64,000 nt of DNA, taken from positions 6,202,001 to 6,266,000 of the forward strand of contig NC_087251.1 of assembly GCF_037042905.1 (NCBI RefSeq), in the 5' to 3' direction. Position 1 is the first letter of the stretch; every line of letters starts with the position of its first letter. Under the pieces are notes generated by a model, which saw only the letters and a list, made by a program, of their open reading frames with translations, was not told the DNA's origin and did no database searches. The translations under genes were made by a program, and so were the position numbers. Shown piece after piece: positions 1-10,800 of the stretch. Source of the DNA: Lytechinus pictus. Taxonomy: Eukaryota.

Positions 1-1
1 G

Positions 2-1264
2 TGAATTGATATCGCGTATCGACAGCGAAGCGTCAGGACCATAAGTGTACGACGGTCCATCACCTATGGTGATGCGGTGCTTAGCAGGACGGATGGTAAT
101 GTCATGTAACTCTATGAATGGAATTCCTGCATGAATTTGAATAAGCGGTGAGTCTACGACATACGCTTCGAAAAGCAAGTGTTCCCCATTCCTACTTAAG
201 GTAAGACTTGTCGTACCAATAACTGGAAGGCGCGAGGAACGGTTAGCATAACACACCGACCGAAGGGTATCTGTAGGCCTGATGACAGCACCAAGACTTT
301 GAACGCTGGAAAGACCAATGAGGTTCTGTGGTGAACCACTGACAAGTTTGACCTGGACGAGCTTTTGACCATGAAAAAGATTGACACTTGGAGACGGAGA
401 GGAAAGGCTGGCCACTGAAAACTGTGGCGAATGTGTAACCTTGGAGTGGTACTCACCTAACTCCGATGAGTCACTCATATCATCGCCGAGAGAATCTCCA
501 TGGATTTCATGCGGTCTGCCTGACTCTGGCAAGACCTCGGCACGACCGAAAGAACTATCTGTTAAGCCTGTTCTAACAGGCAAAGCATCCTCACTATCCG
601 AAATAGAACAATCATAATCATCATAGCAGCATTCATCACTCTCAGATAAATCAGAGACAGAGTCAGCATATAGAAGTTGACAATCATCTTGATAATCATC
701 ACTTACATCCAAATACTCTGACCAAACTGATTTGGAAGAAGTCAAGCAATTTTGTGTACTGATACTTCTTTCAGACTTTTTCAAGAATGAGCACTCACTT
801 TTGTTATGACTAGGCCTACAATTATATTTAGATACTGAATAGTAGGGATTGTCACAAGTAGGTCCAACGTTTGAGTAAGAACTAGATCTGTATCCAACCC
901 TATTTGTGTTATGTGTACTAGCTTTATGACTGTCTTGATTATGTACTGTACAATGTAAAACCCTACTTGCTCTAGGAAAGGAATGAGAATGGTCTTCAAT
1001 GACAGACTCATCATGATCAAAACAATATTCATCATCATATGCATAATCATTGTTTAAATCATACAAATCAAGATTGTCACAATCACTCACAATCATATCA
1101 TTTTCTTTCTCTCTTCCGATTTGGATTAATGTTGAATTATCATTAATAATTTGTTCATGTTGGTTATGTTTAGTGTAGTAGCCTCTATATTGGGCATGAT
1201 ACTGGCGGCCGCTCTCTCGGGCCTGTGGAAGGTACCGGTACATGTACCGGGGATAAGCCATCAT
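2..1264 (-). CDS. Gypsy-like LTR retrotransposon-derived ORF (acidic N-terminus, degenerate knuckle-like segment, aspartic-protease-like domain); runs off the left edge
   Basis: Hand translation: ATG at 1264, 421 codons without a stop to the window edge (absent from the ORF track). The C-terminal part SPSVNLFHGQKLVQVKLVSGSPQNLIG...LLFEAYVVDSPLIQIHAGIPFIELHDITIRPAKHRITIG resembles Gypsy retropepsins, but the D[TS]G motif reads VSG. Confidence 0.65.
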   Translation of the reverse strand, partial: MMAYPRYMYRYLPQARESGRQYHAQYRGYYTKHNQHEQIINDNSTLIQIGREKENDMIVSDCDNLDLYDLNNDYAYDDEYCFDHDESVIEDHSHSFPRASRVLHCTVHNQDSHKASTHNTNRVGYRSSSYSNVGPTCDNPYYSVSKYNCRPSHNKSECSFLKKSERSISTQNCLTSSKSVWSEYLDVSDDYQDDCQLLYADSVSDLSESDECCYDDYDCSISDSEDALPVRTGLTDSSFGRAEVLPESGRPHEIHGDSLGDDMSDSSELGEYHSKVTHSPQFSVASLSSPSPSVNLFHGQKLVQVKLVSGSPQNLIGLSSVQSLGAVIRPTDTLRSVCYANRSSRLPVIGTTSLTLSRNGEHLLFEAYVVDSPLIQIHAGIPFIELHDITIRPAKHRITIGDGPSYTYGPDASLSIRDINS

Positions 1265-1415
1265 GAAAGGCTATGTGTGGGGATAGCCGTGGCGTGAGAA
1301 GACATGATTGACAATGAACTACAACTACCTATCACGAAAAATGATGCTTTTCGACCGAATGAATGCTAGGGTAGCAGTGGCCATCCTATTGTGTGGATAG
1401 ACAGGGATCGAACCT

Positions 1416-1425
1416 GCTGCCACCA
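1416..1425 (-). promoter_or_regulatory. Putative primer-binding site (tRNA-Leu type) of the LTR element
   Basis: Minus strand TGGTGGCAGC is complementary to the 3' end of tRNA-Leu(AAG/TAG)+CCA. It lies about 150 nt upstream of the ORF, with an AATAAA (+ strand TTTATT near 1484) in the presumed LTR. LTR outer boundary not resolved. Confidence 0.45.
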
Positions 1426-1884
1426 CGACACGACAATAAAGGAATGACACTTCACTCACAATAGTTGAATAATTGTACCTTAATTTATTAGGCAGCTCAT
1501 GACTTCAACCGCGGCGCCGTCAAGGGGCGAATTACCATCGTTGCATTGGCACTAAAACCAATCCACCACAAGGTGGCGCTATAGCACAAACAACAAACAT
1601 TGGCGCAGATGTCAGGAAACTGCCACTCGTTAGACCTTCATCCATATAATCGTGGTAATTGTATACTTTCTGTTTTCACAATTCATTTGGAGAAATATTT
1701 AGACCATAAATCACCCTAGACCGGTGACTATGGTCAAATACACGGTAAGCTCCTAGGCTCCCCGCCCGCTGTGCGGGCGGGAGCTTCCTGGGTTATCAAT
1801 GAACCAGTGGCAGTGCAATGAACAAGGTTATGAATATGATATAACCTTGTTCTCTGTTACTACTCCATGTGTGGCAAAATAAGG

Positions 1885-4070
1885 TTGATTTACCTTGATT
1901 TACCTTGATGTTGGGCATAAAGTATAGAAGACTTATTTGCCCCTCTGCATCTAGACTTAGAACTTGTCCTCAGTTATAAACGTTACAATTTCACATGCAT
2001 GTGTGGGTTTGGACAATTTGTGAAAATTCTGTGTCTGGGTCGAAACGATTATACTTGGTTTTCCAGGCCTTCTCTTGATTTGATTTGAATGAATTTATAC
2101 TGCTACTGTTTACGACCTCAGAAGGTAGGTCATTCCATAGGTTGATTACTCGTTGCAAGAAATCCTGTTGCCTGAGTGTTGAATGTGCTCTTAACTTGAT
2201 TATTTTTCTAGAATGTCCTCTTGTCCGAGGTCGAGTGTCAAGTTTGAAGAAATTTGTACAGTCCGAATCATCTATGCCCTGAATAATCTTAAACGTTTGG
2301 ATCATATCCGCTCTATTTCTCCTATAGGATAACGTTGGTAGATTTAGTTTCTTCAGTCGTTCCATGTAGCTCAAGTTCTTCAGATGTGGAATTAGCTTGG
2401 TTGCTCTACGATGGATTTTTTCCAGTTTTATGATGTCTTTCTTGAGATAGGGGTGCCATACACTCCTGCAGCATTCTAAAGATGGTCGTATGATTGACTT
2501 GTAAAGTTGAACCAGACCTCTTTCATCCAAGTTTGAGAAAGTTCTCTTGATAAGTCCTAAGAGGCGGTTTGCTTTGGCACAAGCTTTGATCACATGTTTA
2601 GAAAATTGCAAATTGTTATCAAAAGTTACTCCCAGGTAGTTTTCCTCTGTCACTTTTGGAATTTCAGAAGTGTCATCTGGTACTAGTAGGTAGCTCATAC
2701 CTGGATTTTTTCTTCCAATAGACATTACTTTGCATTTCTTCTGGTTGAAAGTTAACTGCCAGTCTCCTGCCCACGACGAAAGGTTGGACAAATCATCTTG
2801 TAGGCTTACGTTATCATCTTCGTCACGGCGAGGTGCATACAGTTTTGTGTCATCTGCAAATAATTTGACTACAGAGTTCTTAGAAATCACATCTGGAAGA
2901 TCATTGATGAAGATAATATTAGAGGGCAGGGCCGATAACACTACCTTGAGGAATTCCACTGGTCACCTCACATTCCTTGGACAGTGCTCCATCTACTATC
3001 ACCCTTTGTTTGCGATCAGAGAGAAACGCTTTAATCCATGTCCATACTTTTCCTTGAATTCCATATCCTTGTACTTTTGTGAGGAGTCTAGTATGGGGAA
3101 CACTATCAAACGCTTTGCGGTAGTCCAGGTAAATGCAATCGACTATATCCTTTGCATCAAGGGCAGTACTCCAATCATTTGTGACTTCCAGTAGTTGGGT
3201 AGTACAAGATCTTCCTTTCCTGAACCCGTGTTGATGAGGCGTTAGTAGGTTATTGGATTCTAAGTGATCCAATATCTGATCCCTAACAATTGTTTCCATA
3301 ATCTTACAAACGACACTTGTAAGACTTACAGGTCGATAATTCTCTGGAACATTTTTCGGTCCCTTTTTGTGAATGGGCACCACGTTAGCAGAATGCCACA
3401 AGTCAGGGATCTGTCCTGTAATCATTGAGGTGATGAAAATATCTACTAATACTGGGGCTACCATCTCCTGTAATTCCTTTAAGATCCTAATATGAATTCC
3501 ATCAGGACCTGGAGATTTGTCTTGGTCCAGACGTCTTAGTATTTTAATTATAGCTGAACTGTCTATGTGGATATCAACTAAGGGATCCACGAAGCATCTG
3601 TTCTTGAACTGTGGAATTTCCAAAGTATTTTCAACAGTGAAAACTGAGCTGAAAAACTTATTAAAAACTTCTGATTTCTCTTCATTGCTTTCGTCATAAG
3701 ATCCCTCAGCATTTATCAAAGTAGGTATTCCAAACTTGGATTTTGTCTTGCTGTGTACATACCTCCAGAAACTCTTTGAGTTGTGCTTGATTTCAGATGA
3801 AAGTTTTTTTTCAAAGTCCCTTTTAGCACTGTTAATCTTTTTTGTTGCTTCGTTTCTCATGGTGGTATATATAGCTCTGGATTTGACCGTATTTCTTTTC
3901 TTGCGTCTGTCCCTCTGAAAAACATTCCATGCTTTATGTTTATCTTTAATTGATCTCTTCACTTCAGCATTCATCCATAGTGGTTTAGGTTTGCAATTTG
4001 TGGATACAAGTGGAACATATCTTTCAGTTAGATATGTCGATGTTGGCAATGTTTGGCTTATTTTCTCTTT
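1885..4070 (-). mobile_element. 5'-truncated CR1-clade LINE (RT domain), frameshifted
   Basis: ORFs 2919-4115 and 1991-2959 carry KSPGPDGI, NYRPVSLTS, QHGFRKGRSC, YLDYRKAFDSVPH, PQGSVIGP and LFADDTK. A 1-nt frameshift near 2920 splits PQGSVIGPAL/IIFINDLP. The 3' tail is a short ATCAAGGTAA tandem near 1886-1910. No endonuclease domain. Confidence 0.92.
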
Positions 4071-4988
4071 CTCTTTGGGACAAATGCTTGATTTTTTGAC
4101 ACTGCCAGTCTCCATTACAGCTATTCATCATATAACTTGGCTCTTAAGTAAATTTGATTCCTTGAATTATTTTTACTAAATTAAAAAATAGAGATTGAAA
4201 AATGACAATTTTCTTGCCATATTACTTTCCACCAATAGAGTGCGTACACAAAAATATGCAAAAAATTCAAGTTTTTGAGCTCTCTGGTGAACACAAAAAA
4301 TAATTCCCAAGTTAAAAATACATTGCAACTGTATATGGAAAGTAGTATTTTTGGTCACAAAAGTGATATTTTAATGATTTGTTAAAGTGTGTGCTGTGTA
4401 CAGCATTGACATACCCCACAGGCAGGATGGTTGCAGCGAGCAAGTGTGTTAGGGCCTAATTTAATGGACTGAATTATTTGCACCCATAAAGTGACCGCTA
4501 GTGGCTAATGTCACCAAACTTATAATCACACTGCCATTTATTATTCATAGCCCCTCACCAACCTCACCTCCCTACCCAGAGAGGAGGGGTGGGGGTGGCA
4601 TCACCCCCGGGAATGGGCTATTTATCAATTATTTTACAGTGTGATTTGCTGGTATGGGTTGGGTGAACTGAGCAACCACTTTTGTGTGCAAATAATTTAG
4701 TCCCCTAAAACCCAGGATTACCCCACCCCATCATGAAATCACAGCCGAAGTTTCCAGTCCCGTTAGTTTAAAACTCACTTGACAGACATCTTTGTATGTA
4801 AAGAATTAAAAGATGCAAAGGTACGGGTAATAGTACACTAAAAAGATATCAGATAAAAAAAAATAAATGCATGGTACTATCCAAGGTTATAGGCCTATAC
4901 AGTATGTGTGAAAGTTTTTATCAATAATAAGCCTATCAAATTTGACCTACAAATCATAAGATTTACAGTGGATTCCAGTAAACTTATT

Positions 4989-5394
4989 GGCCCGAATTCA
5001 CAAAGGTGGTTTTGAAAACCCACGGTTGAATCCATTGTTTATGCATATTTCCTGTATATATTACGCTTAATTTAGCGCGTATCAGGCGCGGGTATAAAAC
5101 ATGTCCAATGCTGATGCGCGCTTTTGTCACAGTGCGCCAAATTGACGCCTGTTACCATATGGTAAGATATGCTATTTTATTCATGAGTCCATTGTTTGAA
5201 GAGTGGACTCGTGAATAAAATAGCGTGGATAACCACGGCAACAGGCGTCGATTTGGCGCACTGTAACAAAAGCGCACATCAGCATTGGACATTTTTTTGA
5301 TGTGCGCAGTAAATAAACGTAATTTATACAGAAAATCTGCATAAATCATGGACTCAATCGTGGGTTTTCAAAACCACCTTTGTGAATTTGGGCC
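4989..5394. mobile_element. Palindromic MITE (GGCC termini, 3-bp ATT flanks; Harbinger-like)
   Basis: GGCCCGAATTCACAAAGGTGGTTTTGAAAACCCACG at the left end pairs with CGTGGGTTTTCAAAACCACCTTTGTGAATTTGGGCC at the right end; the internal sequence is also quasi-palindromic. Confidence 0.8.
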
Positions 5395-7723
5395 ATTGAA
5401 TTTGGGCTTGTTATTCCATTTCACGTGCAAGCTAGTATAATAGTTGCTCAAGTAGCTCTGCTGACAATGTGCTGTGACAGTCAAGGAAGGTGTGCAAGGC
5501 CTGCATAGTTATGATTTCTGTCTGTGATTAAAGGTCCCCTGACATGAAAATACAGAATACTTTCTGATATTGTGTATGAGTCTTTACTTCACCAAATCAT
5601 GTCCTGCTGGGTTTAAATGGCATCATATTGTTTCAATATTTTAATCTCATTTGTCTTGCATTTATCTGCAGTATGCTAAGCCCTGCCTCCTTAACATCCG
5701 TTAAAACATTTTTGCCTCTTGTGATGTCACAGGAGGCAGAAATAAGCATAACAATACACAAACTGACACAAAGCAATGCAACTTACCATATCTATGTACC
5801 ATTGCTAACAATTACAAGTCTTCATACAATACCACTCACAAGCAGTAACTAAATGACAGTTTGAATGGTTGCTATATGTAGGCCCAAGTGTTGTTTGAAG
5901 ACTTGTGATTGATAGCAATTGCACACAGTTATGGCAAGTTGCATAGCAATGTGTATTGTATTGGCAAGTTGCATAGTGTAGGATGGTTATTTTGTCATTT
6001 CCCTATTTTGTTCATTTTCTTTAACTTGTGCTTTCTTCAGCTGTTTTACATTTCTGTTCCGTCTAGACTTGAGTTCATTTGCATTTTCTTTCATCACTGC
6101 CCTTGCAGTCTGAACTTAGGTTATTTGAGGTTAATTATATTCAGTTTTTTATTCACCCTTCTCCACATTGGATTCTTTTCCTCTGATTCTCTTTTGTCAT
6201 CTTCATTCCTTCTCTATTAAGGTGTTCCACTCATTCCATCCCTCACCTGACTCCATAGTTTCTAATGCCATTATTACATAATCACACAGACATCTTTTAT
6301 CACCTTCATCTTATTCCTCATTGGTTTATATTATGAATTGGATTACTACATTTTAGTTGGGCTCTTCTATTTTCTTTTAATTTCATTGGTTAGCTTTAAG
6401 ATGATTTAAATAATGTTTACTGTAGCAACAATTTTGATGTGGGCCGAGGAAGGCCAAAGGTATAAATAGAGAGAGTATTTTAATAAATGCATGAGACACT
6501 CACAGACACATTTGCACAGATACGACACTACAGATCCAGTCTCTTCGTTTAGTTATTCTCTGTCTTCTGTTCCCGATATGTTATGTTTGCTGTTTAGTTC
6601 CTGAGTTATGCTGTTTTAAAACTGATTATTTTATTCTCATCAAGTAGGTGTTTAGTTTTAAACCCTACAATAGCATTGTGTATTGTTATGCTTATTTCTC
6701 CCTCCTGTCACAAGAGGCAAGAAATAATATAGTGGATTTTAATGGGGCGGGGCTAAGTACACTGTTAATCAATGCAAGAAAAATGAAATAAAAAATATTG
6801 AAATTATATGATACATCTAAACTCGAGGTAATGACTTTAGTGAAGTAGAGACTCGTACACATTAACTGAAGATAACATGAATTTGTATGTCAGGGGTCCA
6901 CCTTAGTGAGTTTTCAAAACTGAACACCAATGTGTTTGATAGGGACGTGTACAATTTATAATATGTGATTGTTTTTCCCCAATTTCATCTGACAGTGACA
7001 GAACAAAATGTCATGAAATAACTCTACTCTAGCTAAAAGGCAATTTTACAAATCTAGCTACATTGGCAGGAAAGCACAACTAAGTGTTTGATCACTTTTC
7101 CATTAGGCCTCCACTTCTTGGGCAATACCTAATTATCATTTAAGACAATCTCAGAGTACTAGCTGGTTACTCAAAGTGAATAATGCTACCTGCTAGCCTT
7201 GCTATATTTGGCCTATAGGCTTGATTAGTATTCCACGTCCTGTTGAAACTTTCACTCATTGTGGTTCCTGCACAGTCTGCGCACAAGCATGAATTCATGC
7301 ATGCCAATGCAGTGGTCTTGAGTACCAGCATGCGGAGAGGTGCGGGAGGGGTGTGGCAGTGTGTGAAATGGGTGCAAAAATTTTTAACATGTTAGAATTT
7401 GGGCACAAAAAAATTTGTGATCCATTCGTGAACATGAACTGAACACATTTTAAACAACGGGTATATATCCAAGTGATTAATGAAATCCCTGTTTAGGGTG
7501 TGCAAATCTGAGACATGGTCTGCATGAAATGTGTGTTTAGGGTATCCTAGTGGCCTGCCTTTTAATCCTCATTTAGCATTGAGGGTGCTTTTCAGGACGA
7601 TTCTTGCAGATATGCTATAAATGCACTTTTCAATGGAAGTGACCAGCGCCCCCCCCCCCCTTCCGGGATACATGTATGTATTTAAATATTAATGTGATGC
7701 ACTTATTTGTTTCTACCATGCAG

Positions 7724-7821
7724 AAAAATTGTTGCAAGGAGGCGCAGTCACCGGTATTTCACTAGTCTCACATCAAGGAGTCTGCTTATATTCCACGGGT
7801 CTTCTTCAAGACTTTAAGAAG
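7724..7821 (+). CDS. Profilin-like gene, internal exon
   Basis: ttctaccatgcag acceptor, AAG/gtatac donor, 98 nt, open frame KLLQGGAVTGISLVSHQGVCLYSTGLLQDFKK. Confidence 0.65.
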
Positions 7822-10800
7822 GTATACAATATGATTATGTTAAATGTACAGTGGATACATTTTTTCATCTAATTATGATCAAATCTTTGTTTCACCATAA
7901 TACTATTTAAGTGACCTGCTATTTCGCCAATTATGAATCTTCACTGATGTAATATGAGTTGCTTTACAAGTACCGCATACTTCCTTGTTGCATCTCTTTG
8001 AATTGGCTGATGAATACAAATGAATTTAAATCACACCATCCATATTGTTTTTCTGGGCCTCAAGTGTAAAAACTAACCGTCTTGATAACTCCTACTGCAC
8101 TGGTTATATTACTACCATTTCTCGAGCTACATTCATCTTGAGAATGTACATCAAATTCCCCTCACATACAAATGTGATTACTGCAGGTATGAGACCCACA
8201 GATACTTGCTTAGCACTCAAGCCCATGCACTATCCTTGGAAACAAGAGATGTACCAATGGAAAGTCAAGATATGGCCAAGGGATTTGAGATGGTAGAATC
8301 GGATACCAAAGGTATCGCCCCTGAAAGGAGAGTGATCCTGCACAAGGATCCTGCTTAGCACTGAAGCCCATGCACTATCCTTGGAAACAAGAGATCTAGA
8401 TGTACCAACGGAAAGTCAAGATATGGCCAAAGGATTTGAGATGGTAGAATCGGATACCAAAGGTATCGCCCCTGAAAGGAGAGTGATCCTGCACATGGAT
8501 CCTGCTTAGCACTGAAGCCCATGCACTATCCTTGGAAACAAGAGATCTAGATGTACCAACGGAAAGTCAAGATATGGCCAAAGGATTTGAGGTGGTAGAA
8601 TCGGATACCAAAGGTATCGCCCCTGAAAGGAGAGTGATCCTGCACAAGGATCCTGCTTAGCACTGAAGCCCATGCACTATCCTTGGAAACGAGATCTAGA
8701 TGTACCAACAGAAAGTCAAGATATGGCCAAAGGATTTGAGGTGGTAGAATCGGATACCAAAGGTATCGCCCCTGAAAGGAGAGTGATCCTGCACAAGGAT
8801 CCTGCTTAGCACTGAAGCCCATGCACTATCCTTGGAAACGAGATCTAGATGTACCAACAGAAAGTCAAGATATGGCCAAAGGATTTGAGGTGGTAGAATC
8901 GGATACCAAAGGTATCGCCCCTGAAAGGAGAGTGATCCTGCACAAGGATCCTGCTTAGCACTGAAGCCCATGCACTATCCTTGGAAACGAGATCTAGATG
9001 TACCAACGGAAAGTCAAGATATGGCCAAGGGATTTGAGGTGGTAGAATCGGATACCAAAGGTATCGCCCCTGAAAGGAGAGTGATCCTGCACAAGGATCC
9101 TGCTTAGCACTGAAGCCCATGCACTATCCTTGGAAACGAGATCTAGATGTACCAACGGAAAGTCAAGATATGGCCAAGGGATTTGAGGTGGTAGAATCGG
9201 ATACCAAAGGTATCGCCCCTGAAAGGAGAGTGATCCTGCACAAGGATCCTGCTTAGCACTGAAGCCCATGCACTATCCTTGAGAACGAGATCTAGATGTA
9301 CCAACGGAAAGTCAAGATATGGCCAAAGGATTTGAGGTGGTAGAATCGGATACCAAAGGTATCGCCCCTGAAAGGAGAGTGATCCTGCACAAGGATCCTG
9401 CTTAGCACTGAAGCCCATGCACTATCCTTGGAAACGAGATCTAGATGTACCAACGGAAAGTCAAGATATGGCCAAGGGATTTGAGGTGGTAGAATTGGAT
9501 ACCAAAGGTATCGCCCCGGAAAGGAGAGTGATCCTGCACAAGGATCCTGCTTAGCACTGAAGCCCATGCACTATCCTTGGAAACGAGATCTAGATGTACC
9601 AATAGAAAGTCAAGATATGGCCAAAGGATTTGAGGTGGTAGAATCGGATACCAAAGGTATCGCCCCGGAAAGGAGAGTGATCCTGCACAAGGAGGAAAAT
9701 CAAGAACATCGAATCATGATTACTATAATAAAATAAAACCCAAAGGCCAAAGCAGGAATCATGAAAATAAGAAATTGTGACTAAACATTTTACCACATAC
9801 ATGGACAGGAAGAAAAGAAGTGGAATTGAAGTGACCGATAGTTATTATGATTCATTTTATGTATTAGAAGCTCTTTTTCTGGAAGTGAGTGAGAGCACTT
9901 TATTGAATAGTTTATATTGGATTTAGTAGATAGGTCATAGTGATTCAGTTTGCTTTTTGCCTCCCAGGCACAGATGACGCCTAACAGATAATGACAAAGA
10001 AGTATATGGTCATAAAAATTTTATAATCAGGACAGACACTGAAGTACAGACAGCAAGGAATGGATTCTAGAGGATGTCTTTAATTGAAATACGTAAAGAC
10101 TAGTTAAAGGACAAGTCCACCCCAACAAAAAGTTGATTTGAATTAAAAAGAGAAAAATCCACCAAGAATAACACTGAAAATTTCATCAAAATCGGATGTA
10201 AAATAAGAAAGTTATGACATTTTAAAGTTTCGCTTAATTTCACAAAAGAGTTATATGCACATCCTGGTTCCCAGGACCAAAATCCAGTTAAAACCAATTA
10301 GAGCAAAACCAATTGAAACCAGTTGGCCAACTGGTTTCAATAGGGAAATTGGAACAACTGGTTCCAATTGAAACCAGTTGCCAACTGGTTCCAATTGAAA
10401 CCAGTTGCCAATTGGTTCCAGTTAAAACCAAGTGGGCAACTGGAACCAGTTGGTAATTGGTTTCATTGGTTCCAGTTGTTCCAATTTCCCTATTAAAACC
10501 AGTTGAATCCAATTGGAGGCAACTGGTTTCAATTGGTTCCAGTTGAAACCAATTGGAGGCAACTGGTTTCAACTGGAACCAGTTGAAACCAATTGGTTTC
10601 CAATTGGATCCAATTGGAACTTCCAGTTGGAATGAACTTAATTAGTTACAAATTAATTAGCATTTGCACTAACTATTGCCCCGACTATTGCTCATGCTAA
10701 CACAGAAGCAGTGTTATATGTCTATTAATTAATACCAATGTAAAGGGCATCGATAAAATACAGACTTTCATATGTATATATTTATATGGAAGATCTTCAA

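Noticed and set aside
4796..4820. ATGCAAAG/gtacgg as the start exon of the profilin-like gene
   Set aside because: It ends in phase 2 (or 0), but the next exon needs phase 1; both joins hit stop codons.
8208..9693. 149-bp array as a CRISPR array, a retrozyme or a coding repeat (six 91-aa ORFs)
   Set aside because: No unique spacers; no complete CUGANGA...GAAA core on either strand (CTGAAGCCC...GGAAAC is only partial); the unit length is not a multiple of 3, so the ORFs are repeat artefacts.
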